The notes under the pieces were generated by a model, which was given only the letters and a program-made list of their open reading frames with translations, had not been told where the DNA came from and ran no database searches. A stretch of DNA of 64,000 nt from Paramecium tetraurelia (taxonomy: Eukaryota), in the NCBI GenBank assembly GCA_000165425.1, contig CT868219.1:128728-192727 (forward strand), written 5' to 3'. Position 1 is the stretch's first letter; the number at the start of each line of letters is the position of its first letter. The translations under genes and the position numbers were made by a program. Below, one piece after another: positions 25,785 to 38,409 of this stretch.

Positions 25785-28470
25785 TCAATTTTTAAGTTAC
25801 TTTGTCGAATCATTCGGATTCTTGAATCTTATATAGAAATCCTGTTAGTCATATTAATTTAAGAGTTTTTCTTTATTGTATCCATCATCCATTCTCTCTA
25901 GTAACCATTAAAACAACTATTTTTCTGATCCGAAATCACTAAGATAAGCTAACAATTAATAAATAATCGATACTTTAACATAATGGATGGATAATAATTT
26001 CTTATTCAATAACATCAAGACAGACATACTTGAGGATAAATTGTTTTATGTAACATTAGATGTATTATTAAACACTCTTTTCCTCTAAGTATTGCAATTC
26101 AGAAGTCAAGCCAATAGAAGCATCCTAGTATTCTTCAGTAAAAATGAAAATCAACCCTCTTGTATCAAGAGTAAGGATTCTAGGGTCATTATTAGGTAAT
26201 TAATGAAAATTCGGAGCGGGTTTATTTTTTCTCAACATTCCATGTTTAATTTGAGGTAGGGTAGTGATTAATTTGTTTATAGAATATGCGAAATCTACTT
26301 TTTTTGGATGTGGTGGTAAGATAGAACCAATAATGGTTTTTAGTATGGACTTAGGTTCTTCTTTGACTCCTTTCTTTTAGAGTTTATTAACAAAGTATTC
26401 GGTTAAAGATCTATTGGTTTTAATATATATATTATTACTGATGAAATCTCATCAATTAGAAAATATTAACATAGGCTGCTAATTTCTTTTCTTATGAATA
26501 ATCAATCATTGTTGATTTTTATAATTCAGTTGTTAAATGAGTTAATTAAAAATACTCCTTAAATCCTTATTCTAGAATGTCCTCCTTGATGGTATTTTTA
26601 TCAACAAATTTCTTTTGAAATTCTTTAAATTTCTTAAACAATTTGTCTAGAATTTCCATGAGATCTGAAGAATTTCCTGTATATTTTTAGTAATTGTTTG
26701 CAGCTATAAATTATAGGAAAATTGGGAAAGAATAATATTAATTAGGAGTTAAATCTTTTTGAGATTCTAATGGTATTATTAATTAAGATTCAAGTAAATG
26801 TTAGCCAATCTATTGGATTTCCAATTAATTCTTGCAAGTGTTTTAAAGATAACTAAAAATGTCCTGACCTAATACACCAATATATTCACTAAACTTACTA
26901 AATATTTTACATTTAATTGACGAATCCATAAATCACTTTTCTTAATTATATTTTTTCTATCATATCTGCAGAAATAGCAATATAATTTTCATCCTGTACT
27001 TATTCAGTTGTTTCAGGTTATAATTAAGGGCCCAATTACAATCGTTTGACTGATATTAAATTGGCTAACAATAATTGATTATTTAATACTTTCATTTGGA
27101 TGGTCTTTATAAAATTAATTAATTTTTTCCTCAATACACGGAATAGCTGCTAAGTCTTCAACGGTTGGCCTGTTATTGGGATCCTTCTATAAAGTCTTCT
27201 CAATTAGCAATTGGAGATCTTAATCAACAGATTAATCCATATCATAAGGCTTATTCTATATCATTTCAAAAATAATTTGGATGTTATCATGTTAAAATGG
27301 TCGTTTCAACATAACCAATTCATATAAAGCACATCCTAATGCCCAAATATCAGATTTTTTGCCATAAGGTTAGCCTCTGATGACTTCAGGTGACATGAAA
27401 TAAGGAGTTCCTAAAAAGGTTTATGCAAAATTGGCATGTGTTCCTAATGCTTTTGAAATTCCAAAATCTCCCAATTTGATAACTGATTCTATTTAAAAAT
27501 ATGATAAAATTTAAACCTTTATTTAGAAACATATTTTAAGTTTTGATATCTCTGTGGAGGATGTTTTTAGAATGCATAAAATGAATTGCAATAACCAATT
27601 GAGCCATCCAAGCTAAAATTTAGTCCTTTGGAACCTAAGTGCCATATCTTTGGTATTCAGATATTTTCTCAGTCAAAGACCCTCCTTCTGCATATTCCAT
27701 TATTATATTCAAAGACTCATTTTCAGTGAAACTTTCATAATATTTAATAATTGTTGGAGCAGTTAGTACTCTTAATAAACTCACCTCATTTTCAGCATTT
27801 TTCCTTTCTTATTCATTCATGAAAAATGTTGGAATTACCTATGTTCATTTATTATCTTACTTTCATAGCATATAATTCTTAATCAGTACTTTTCCTTACT
27901 AATTCGACAGAACCAGAAGCACCTTTGCCGATATTTCTCACAATTGTGTAATAGCCTTTCTCGTTTTAGTTGCTCTAATTAAAATTGATATAGTTTTATA
28001 CATTTCTTGGCTTAGGCTTTTTTTTTACGAATGTTTAAAGTCCTTGAAGTTTTTTAAAATTGACAGGTTTTACCATATAATCTTCTGCTCCTGCATTTAA
28101 ACAAGCAGCAACTGTTTCTGTCTCATCATCACCACTCATCATTATCACTGGAACATCTTTCAATTTATCAATACTTGAAGCTCAAATAAAGACTTACGCT
28201 TTTATAATTTACAAAAGTTCCAGGCCCGTCATCTCAGGCAAACCCAAATCAAGCAAAATCAGATCAAACTCATTTTCTGTTTTCAGCAGTTCATCCCTTG
28301 CTTAAATACCTGTTTCACACGCCACTACTTGATAATTACATAATTGCAATAAATCAATTAAAGCTATTCCTAATAAATAGATTTCTATTGAGACTTTAGA
28401 TAGGAGCATCTTCGGCTAGGAGTACATTTATTATCTCTTTAGCTTATTCATCTCTTTTCACCCTTTACAT
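25785..28470 (-). CDS. Response-regulator receiver - NEK (NIMA-related) kinase - DEP - DUF547 fusion protein
   Basis: REC: VLLAED, FDLILLDLGLPEMTG, VIMMSG, MVKPV. NEK: IGKGASGSV, HRDIKTQN, KLGDFGISK, GTPYFMSPE. DEP-like EYIGVLGQDIFSYL..IGQHLLESQLI..YYSF. DUF547-like EKKLAAYVNIFQLMRFH..IKHGMLRKN..NDPR..YLSDFG. Confidence 0.9.
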
Positions 28471-29163
28471 AAAATTATTTAATAATTAATTCAATTCAAG
28501 ACTAGAATATACTTGTAAATCATTCAATAATCATTTTTATAAACTATTAGATCCTTTAATTTTAGAAATAATCAACAAACTAAATGACAGTACTTGACTA
28601 AAAATTTTTAGTATTTATGAGGTTTAAAATTTAATCTTTTTTAACTCGAGAATTTAAACAGAGTATTAATAACAACTAAAAAACTAATTTAGATTATGAG
28701 AATTCGTAAATTTATTTTTCAAAAATATTATGATTCAATCTCTCTTAATCAAATTACTATATTTTAATTGTGATCACTTTATTTTGACAGTAAAAATTAA
28801 TTTTATCTTGTTTTTTAATAATTCTTGATTGATTTTAGCGAATCTGTAAATTTATAATAAATTCAAATTATTTATAAATATGTAATAATTGGGTTTTTTA
28901 AAGTAAAAATAATCCAATTTTTAATAAATGATATATAAAATTTATACTAAATATATTATTCTTGCAGTTATCTTTCCTTATTGCAAGTTTCCATTTATTC
29001 GAGTAATCACATGATTCCATGATCAAACAACACTTTTAAGATCTACATAAAATATAACTATTAGTAGTATTAACAAGAAGAAACATTTATTTAGAAATTA
29101 AAGATAATTACTATATTTCATTTTAAATAAAGTAATTTCTTATAATAATTTATTTTTTTTAAA

Positions 29164-30230
29164 TCATTAAAGAAGTTTCTATTAAAACTAACTAGAATTG
29201 AATTTTTTTTTAGCAAGGTCATTCTACAAATCCTTAAATTTCTTTAAGATCATCAAAAAATCATTATCAATAGATTCTAAAAATGATTTTTGTAAAATTA
29301 ATTCATTTTTTTATTCCCCAAATTATTTCTATAGCTCCAAATAATTTTACTCTATTTGCATAACTGTTATTTTATTCTCATCGCTAATTCTGGTTAAGTC
29401 TTAAGAAAAACAGCTATTTTCTATAATTAGTACTTTTACTTAATTTCCTAACGCACTTATTATAAATGAGTTAAAAACCCTCTTTAATTTTCAGTTATCT
29501 CTTAATTAGTTGAATACACTTATTTAAATAACTTCTCATTTTAAATAAGTCTATCTTGACAATCTTTTAATTGAACATTTATTTGTTGTTCAATTTTTTT
29601 GGAAAACTAAGTTTCTTTTTATGACATTTTGTTAACTTGTTCTGTTAATACTTTTATCTTTTTATCAAATTATTCAATTTTCTGCAATATTCCTTCTTCA
29701 TTCATTTTAGTCTTAGATTCAGTTCTCATTAATTCAGTATTAGCTCTACCCACTTAAGAGCGAGATCTTAGAGGTTTTTGTGATTTTATCAATTATACAT
29801 CTTACTGATGCACTGCTTCAGGAGAATAAATGTCTATGTCAGATTATTGACTGAATTTTCCTAGATAAACAACTTTTATACTTTATTTGATTTAATCGGA
29901 TTGTGTATCATCATTTTATTTTTAGGTAGAATATTAGTCTGGCGGTTTGAATTGGATTAATTGAGTATTTATCCATTTGATTTCTTCTCTATTGTCTAAT
30001 CTTTATTCTAATTCTAACAATTTATCTTCGATCATTTTCAAAATTTGAGCAAATAATTATTTGGCAATTACTTCTTACTAACAATTAGCTTCTAAAAATA
30101 ATGAAAATCCTAAAGGGTTGAATTATTAAAATTCAGCAGATTCTTTAAGAATACATTTATTTGGATCCTATTCCTGTATAGATTATCCTTGGAGCATGAA
30201 TTCATTTAGAGTATAATTTGTTTATTACAT
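29164..30230 (-). CDS. Hypothetical coiled-coil protein
   Basis: Long ciliate-code ORF from ATG 30230 (alternative ATG 30197); heptad-rich; at least one short intron near 29420. Confidence 0.65.
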
Positions 30231-30240
30231 AAAATTTATT

Positions 30241-32436
30241 ATGGGAAATTTTGTCAAGAATTAAGAAGTAATTTAGAGAAATTTGGATGAAAGTAAAAGA
30301 CAATAATAAAATTTCTAGTTATACAGAGTTAAGTCTAAGAATCTCCAAATATTCTGATTAAGCAATCTAAAATTGGGAATGTGGAAATTATAAAATTGAA
30401 TATGTAAATAATCGAAGTCGAGTTAATCTATGATTCAGTCGATAAAATTTAAGTGGATTTAACATATAGTAGTTAGGTAAATTGTTCATTATCCTTCTAC
30501 ACCTATATAACAGAGATCAAGGGGTCTAAATCACAGAGGTTTAGTTAATAATAATACTATTTAGATTTGAGAGAACCATGTAAGAGAGCATAATTTAGAA
30601 GTTCAAATGTCCCTAAGGTTTGAACCATCAATTTCCTTCTAGATTCGTTGAATTTATGATTACAGATTTGCTAAAATTTAACAGAATAAAGGCTACTCCT
30701 GAAGTTTCACATCACACTCTTATAATTGAGATGGTAAACAAATATATTTATATAGACAGAAAAGTCTTACATCTAAAAGCTTTTAGATAATATACTTTTA
30801 CAGGATAGATTGTAATGAATAGACTTTTAGATGTGAATTAATAAACACTAAACAAATTATCGTTTACAAAAATCGTATGTATGAAATTCACGAATTGTAT
30901 GGGGTTAAAAACACTCCCTTTAATCCAGAATGGAATCCAAATACTATTGAGGATAAAGAATGTGTAATATGCTTTTGTAACATCATAAACACTGTCCTAT
31001 TACCATGCAAACATATGTGCACTTGTTCAATATGTGCTGATCATATACTAATGAGTTAAAAAGTAAAATAATGTCCATTGTGCAGAATTGACATTGATAA
31101 TTATTTAACATTAGAAATTAAAGATAAAGTAAAGTAAGATTTATAATTACGATAATTTTAAGAAGAGTAATAGAAATATTTAGAAGCTATTAAGGAGAAA
31201 AAGGACTAGTAAGCTATAAAATAAAGTACAATAATGGAATAATTAAAATCTAAGGTTCATTAAGATTAAATGTAAAAATTAAAATTGTTTAATGACATCG
31301 ATGATTTTCAAAGAAATAATTAAGTTGTTGAAGGTCTTTATAATAATGAAATCTGCTATTCAAATGAAGAAAATTTAAGTGATCGTGATAACAATTAAAA
31401 TTAAAATTCGTTTCATGATAAAATCAAGTAATTTAGTGAGGAAGATAACTTAAAGGCTATGCAATTTAGTGAGGATGATAAATAGCGCTATTCATCAAAT
31501 TAAAGAATGAGTAGTTATGATTTAAAATAGGAAAGAGGGATTATTAGTAGTTTTTAGCATTCTTAAGAAAAGTAAAACGACTAATAATAATAACAATCTG
31601 ATGATAGCGATGTTTCTCAAGAGTTTCCATAAATTTCATCCTCAAAATAATAATAGTATTAATATTCATTTGATTATTAAAATTATGATGAATAGTCTCA
31701 TTATAATTCTTAGTAGTAATTAACAAATACAGATAGGCAATTTGTTTCGAAGCAACCATAATAATTTAATTAGGGGACTGATAAAGCACTTCCTACTATT
31801 CCTGAATATTTTAAGGAAAGTTCCGATTTTTTTTAGTAGATTATTAATAATGATAAAGATGATAACATTAAATAAAATAATATTGGTATTTAATAAAATA
31901 AATATTTGGATGAATTTCCTTAGATATAATCATAAGAATTAAACAAATCTTAATTATCTTAGTAATAATAATAATAATAGTAATAATAATAATTGTCATT
32001 TAGATAATTAAAGAAATAAAAAAATTAACAAATATAGTTTAGTTAATTATAATAAAATGATTATGAATAAGAGGATGTATTAATGAATTAATTTATCTAA
32101 AATGATGTTTATAAAGAAGCTGAAAATGATTTTTAACAATAATATCAATTTTAAAATGATCTTCCTTAAGAACAACTAATTAATGGCTAAGTTTTAAAAA
32201 ATAGATAATAAGATGATGAAGTTTATAATAATTGCATTTAGGAAGTGGATGTTAATAAGCAGTAGGAAGATAATGAAGATTTTGGGTTAGTTTAGAAAAA
32301 TGATAATTTATAGTAAATTATTTATGAAGAGAGGTCTTCGTAAAATTAATTACAATAATAAATTTAAGAGGAGAAGAATTATGCTTGTAATTAAGAATAA
32401 AAGAACGAATAAATTTCATTAATAGTTTTTGATTGA
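30241..32436 (+). CDS. MGRN1/RNF157/LOG2-like RING E3 ligase with very long Q/N/E-rich tail
   Basis: MGN N-terminus (possible myristoylation); MYEIHELYGV followed by CVICFC..LLPCKHMCTCSICA..CPLCR; TGA 32434-32436. Confidence 0.85.
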
Positions 32437-32467
32437 TAATGATTTTATTATGATATCAATGACACAC

Positions 32468-35400
32468 TCATATTTCAACTGCATCTTATTATTAAGGTTC
32501 TTCATCATCATCATAAATTTCAAGGAAACCTTCTTATCTTTGTGGAATGACTTTCTTTCCTTATTATGGGAAACAGAAGCATTAAGTAGTTGGCAAAACA
32601 AATTATTTATCTTACATCAATTACTTTCTTTTCTCTAATTCTTGAACAACGTTGTCAATATTAGTCAATGAAACATTTTCATATTAATCGCCAGCTAAAC
32701 AGATTGGACTATTGAAATAACAGAATTTAATACTCTTTCATTGGTGTGCAATCTTCGACTGGTTTAGGAGTTGGTTAATAAGTAATGTCACACAGCGAAC
32801 AAATTCAATCCTTGAATGAATCCTTAGAAAGCATCTGTCAATTGATCTTTTCCATAGTAAAGAATAAGTGATGGAGCAACATAATGATTGACATTCTTGA
32901 ATGATAAAGCTCCCTTTCCTTATGAGTGTTCAACAATGACATCAGCTTATCTACTCTTTCTAGAATAAGCAAAGTAAATATGGAACCAATCTTTGACAAA
33001 GGTCTTTCCTTCAACAATCTATCTAACTTCTGGGTTTCCAGATCTAATATTTAATATATATTAAGTACCCTAATTAATCAGTGTAGGTATATGTGTAGAA
33101 GTTAAGAGTCTAATCTCTGGTATCGAAGTAACAACTGAGTGTATCAAAATTGAGAGCATCTTCACCAGCAAGAGTAGATGTCAATCTGAATAATAATTAA
33201 TCTTTTCCAGATGTCTTACCATTCCATTTGAACCATCCTTGAACAGAGTATTATTCAGTTGTTCCAAATCTGTCACCAGAATTAACTGGATTTCCATTGA
33301 ATTATGAAGCCTTGGCTGAGACTGCTCTAATCAAACCTTTACTTGAACAATCCTTTTATGGTTGAGGATTGCAACTTAAACAGAATGGATTGTATTCTTC
33401 TAATGTATCAAAGAATGATCCTGATCCTAATCTTAAGACTGGTCTATGGAATTAACCATTGAATGAATAGTATCTATTTTATGGATCTTTTCCACCAACT
33501 TAGAATAACAATTATTCCATTCTTGGATGTGTAACCTTGGCTTCTAAGGTGATTGGAGCTTAATTTTCAATTTAATAGAATGCAATAGCCTTATATCTAG
33601 TGTAACTGAAATAGGTGTAAATCCAAACTCCTTCAATATCTCCAAATGGTTAAGCTAATTCAACTAATTTCTTAGCCTTATTATTAGCTGTGATGTAGAA
33701 GAAACCAACTTTTCCTTAGAAAATAGTTAATAAACCATCTCTAATATCTTTTGGTGTTTCCTTCTTGTTTGTAAGTCTGGCAATCAATGACCAATCTGGT
33801 CTTCCGCCTTCATATTATCCACCAGCCAAACCGGTATATCTGAACCAGAATCCATAACCATATTAAGTAGTGTCTTTCAAATCATCTTTGTGTAATTCGA
33901 CATGAACAACTGGACCTTTATCATATTTAGCATTGATGATTCTGTTTGGTCCTTCAACACATCTCTTTTTGGGGGGAGGTGGTGTTGGAACTGGTCTCAA
34001 AGCTGGCTTGACATTTGTTAAGTAAGATCCTTTGCAGAAGAATACTTCAAGGTAGGCCATGAATCCACTGTAGACTGGGAATTGTCTTTCTCTTCCAAAG
34101 TAGAAATAATGCTTTGGTGACACAAAGTGATTGACATTGACGAAACTCAAAGATTTGGCATGAACATGTTTGAATAAGACTTAAGCATATGCCTTTCTTT
34201 AATCTCTGCTGTATCCAAAGTAAACAAAATGCCAGTGTAAATGTTGATCTTAATGTTGGACATATTGATGAGCATTGGGATTACCAGATCCTTTTCATAT
34301 TAGCATATGAATATGTTGAGAAATGGATTTAACCTCCTTTTGGTTTACCTAACCAAGCAGACAAGACTCTTTCACCTAATAAGATTTATTATTTTCTTAT
34401 GGGTGTATTTGATAATCTGAACATAGTGTGCCAGTTCTCTTACAAATCTGTTTCTTCCCATTTGAACCAACCTTAAACTGCATATTCATCTGGTAACAAT
34501 AAATCAATAAATTCTTAGGTAGGTGGTGCATTATTATCTTCAATATCAACATATTTGGAATCTCTTACAAATTAATATGGAATCAATTTTTATGGTGCAA
34601 CATATGGTTGAGGATTGCATGAAATAGCATATTACAAGAATTCTTATTCATTGATTAAATATGTTCCAAAACCAATTGCTAAGACTGGTCTGCTTACTTG
34701 ACCATTGAATCCTGGGAAATTGAAATATTGACCTCCCAAAACAAATCTCAAATATTAAGGAGTTCCTTAAGATGCTGGTAATGTCACTTATTTAACTAAT
34801 TGACTGTTTGATTGTTTATAGAAACCGATAGCTTATTATTCAAAGGCTGAGTAACTGTAATAAACATATGTCCAAACGGCTTCAATATCTCCAAAAACTA
34901 TGGCAGCAGTGGCTTCTTTTCTTTCAGGTTTGTCATGTTAAGCACTGAAGATGTATTATTCTTGAGTTTAGAATATGGTCAACAATCTATCACCAATCTT
35001 ATCATCTCCATCCTATTAATTCTTTGTCAATTTAGCAACAAAGTAAGATTAGTCAGTTAAACCAGTTTACAATTATTCTGGATACAATGTTAAGAATCTC
35101 ATCCAAAAACCAAAACCATATTCATTAACGTCCTTCAATTTTTTAACTTCTGTTTCAACTGTTGGTTAATCAGCAGAGATAGAACTTGTTAATATGATAT
35201 CTGATCCAACAACGCATTTTGGTTATCTTTATTGTGGGAAAGGAATGTCACAACCTGCTTCTTCAGGTACTGGATGAGCATTTTATCTATAATTTCCTGG
35301 GACTACTCTTTGTTTAGACACTTTTCTTTATTGATATCTGTCACCACATTTATCTTTTTAGATAATAAATCTTTCTTTCTACTCTTTTATTCTCTATTGT

Positions 35401-36045
35401 GGTTATGCTTGAACTTATTAGGGTTGGGCTCTTGGTTGAGGTTATGTGGTTTATTAATATTGGTTTTGGACTCTAGAAATTTGTTTAAGGAGATATTCAA
35501 TCAATCCATATAACATAGCCAATTATGATCTCTTTTATTCGAAGGATCCTATTCGATCATTAATATGATATAATACTTGATTCAATAACTCTTCTGATTT
35601 AGTCTGAAATTTGTCTGCTTTATTCAAATAAGAATTTTCTTTGAGGACCATTGTATTAATTTTGGATTGTTTATAATTACTCGTCCAATTATCCTAATTA
35701 TTCATCGTATTGTTGATCTTCCATCAAATCATTTGGATTTGCTAACTTTTTAAGATAAATAATTACCTGATATCATTTCATTTGTGAAATCAGAAAGTTC
35801 TTGCAGTTACTTCATTTCTGCATCTAATTGCCCTCCTTATAATAATTCTATGATTTCACTCCATTAATCAAAGTCTTCAAGCATTTATACTAAATCCGTA
35901 TTCTCGCAGTCAACTTCATTTTGTTAATCCAGAAGTGTTGTCAAATCATAGTGCAATGCTTACACAAAGCAAACTAAACAGTTTTTAAAGATCTCATACC
36001 TTGCATTATAATAACACCTATTAAAACTAGATGTTTTGTTCTCAT
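32468..36045 (-). pseudogene. Secreted protein with signal peptide, helical N-region and four LamG/ConA-like domains; two +1 frameshifts (pseudogene or assembly error)
   Basis: MRTKHLVLIGVIIMQVCFVQA signal; domains start EYGFGFWMRF / EYAVQGWFKW / QYGYGFWFRY / QYSVQGWFKW; frame breaks at 34292-34295 and about 32793. Confidence 0.7.
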
Positions 36046-36131
36046 TTTATCCGTTTTAAAAAATAATTATTAATTATAAAATCCCATTAATATTTCATTA
36101 TAAAGTGGGTGATTATATTTTAGCCTACTCT

Positions 36132-36605
36132 ATGTAATAATAGTAACAAGTTTGTTGTCCCTTCAATAATTTGCACAAAATGGCTCCCAACAGGCTCATC
36201 TTCCACATTTCAAGGGAGTGCCAATAGCGTAAAATGAACAAGCACATGTATAGACACTGTCCCTACAATTTCCTGCATATATTTAGAGGAGAAGTATTTA
36301 ATAATCTAATCTAGGACATGGAACAACACATAATCACTTGTCCTGACAAAAAAGAACCCGATGTTCCCATCTAATTAGAGCAGAACAATACAGAAATCCA
36401 GTATCTGTAAGGAGATCCTAACTGGGGATTGAAAAATCCAAATAACATGGCAATTGAGATGCCAATTAACAATAATTAAGTTCAATAGGATAATTGCCTT
36501 ATAGATTAATTCAATAATCTTAAGTTGCAGAGACAGGATGATATCTGGGATCAATTATGGAAACACCAAAATAATAATGAAGATGATTTTGATATGGTAT
36601 AATGA
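36132..36605 (+). CDS. GTSF1: GTSF1/Asterix-like protein (two CHHC U11-48K zinc fingers + acidic Trp-containing tail), about 150 aa
   Basis: CPFNNLH-x9-H-x4-C and CPYNFLH-x9-H-x3-C (after removing intron 36294-36314); tail DPNWG..DDIWDQLW..EDDFD. Confidence 0.8.
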
Positions 36606-37163
36606 AACAACATATAATTCATAATAAAATATATTCAAATTATAATTATTCTCAATTTCTTTGAATTGTAAAAATTCTTGCGTAGATTTTATTTTCATTT
36701 TTATGAGTAGTAGTTCTATGAATGCTTACAAATGGTAGATAATTATGTATTAAACAATTGCTTATTGATTTTGAATATTAGAGAAATTAGGATTCTTTTA
36801 TTTGAATTCACCTAATTGATAAATATAGATATAGAAGTTTTAAAGATCATTAATGAGAATTTAAAATTTTAATTTATTCTTCAATATCCGATTACAAGTT
36901 GGTCAGCTATTATTAAATATGTCATATCTTTAGAATTTTGATATAAGAAATGATACATTTAGATCTTTAAAATTATTAATTTTGAACTTAATTTCATTTC
37001 AAAATTAATTACATTTATGTTAATCAAACTTATAAAATAGATATGTATTTATTTATGCATTTATTTCTTAAAATGTCTCTCCTAAATCAAATAAATATTA
37101 TTACAAAAAATAATAAGGATTTTCATTAAATGATTAGTTGGGAAAAGGTTTTCTTATTAAATA

Positions 37164-38147
37164 ATGATTTAAACTAATGAGTCGAACTCATTTTTGGATT
37201 TTTAGGAGATGGAATAAGAATCAGAACCTCGAACATCAAAAAAGGTTAGAAAAAACCCTATACAAAATGATGAAGATTCTTGGGAAGAAGATTTCTAATA
37301 TATATCTCAATTTAGAAGTAGCTTTAAAACAAGAGGAAAGCAAGTCTCATTAAAAGAAGTTTATTTAGAATAAATAGAAAACGATCCTATATTTTGGAAA
37401 TGTGTTCCTCATCCAAAATTATTAGAATACTTAGAGATTCATCATTATAATGATATTTACGATTATGTCAAATATTGCAATAAAAAGGGTCTCTTGCTAG
37501 ATTAACCAATCAAAAAATGTAAATTATTCATCAAATATTTAGTCTTTTAGGAGCCATTCGAAATCCCCAAATATAACTATTATTAAATGAAAGAAATTCA
37601 CGAGAAAAATTATACTCAGAGATGCATAGAAAGTTTGGTTGATGAAGTTAAGAAGTTGAAAATATCCAAAGTGTCTGAATTTCCAAAGACCAATAATGGA
37701 AATATAATTAAATTTTATGATTCAGAAGCATTAAAAGAATAATATCAAAGATAAGAATAGATTAAAAATAAGTAAAGAGAGTTAGGGAGATAGATTAAAG
37801 AGAGAAAATTATAAAATGATCTTAAAGCATAAGAACTTAAACCAATTTATGAAGAATTTCCACTTGATCAACCAATAAATGAAGAAACAATTAAAACTTG
37901 TATATTGGAATTCATCAAATTCAATTTTTCCATCGTCTAATAATTTGAACCTATAAAAAGATTGAAAGATCAAAGTTATGATGAAGACATCGATTATGAT
38001 TTTCTATCAGAGGATTCTTTGCAAGAGATTTGTTCCACACATCCTCGAGAAAGGAAGAACTTTTACACAATAAATTTCGCCAAAAGGGTTCAAGTGATCT
38101 AGGTTGTAAATCTTTTCAGTTTTTAGAAGGATGAAACTGTAGTTTGA
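37164..38147 (+). CDS. Hypothetical protein (327 aa)
   Basis: Uninterrupted ciliate-code ORF MIQTNESNSFLDF..KDETVV*. Confidence 0.7.
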
Positions 38148-38409
38148 TTTGAATAATATTTATGAAAATATTAAACAAAAGCTATCATATAGGGGAGTTT
38201 TGAAACAAAAAAATATACTTTTTGCTTATAAATGATTAATTTTATCATATTATTCCTTAGATGAATTTATACTCATCCTAAATTAATCTATGAAATGAGT
38301 TTCGAAGAAATGATAGTATAAAAAAGAATCATGCTCTATATATTAGGGGATGAAAATAATTTCTTATCACTAAATATTCAAAGTTTGCTCATAAAAATAA
38401 TTATTTATG

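Noticed and set aside
33490..33520. Apparent third frameshift in the LamG-like gene
   Set aside because: Re-reading shows MEQLLFQVGGKDP in frame.
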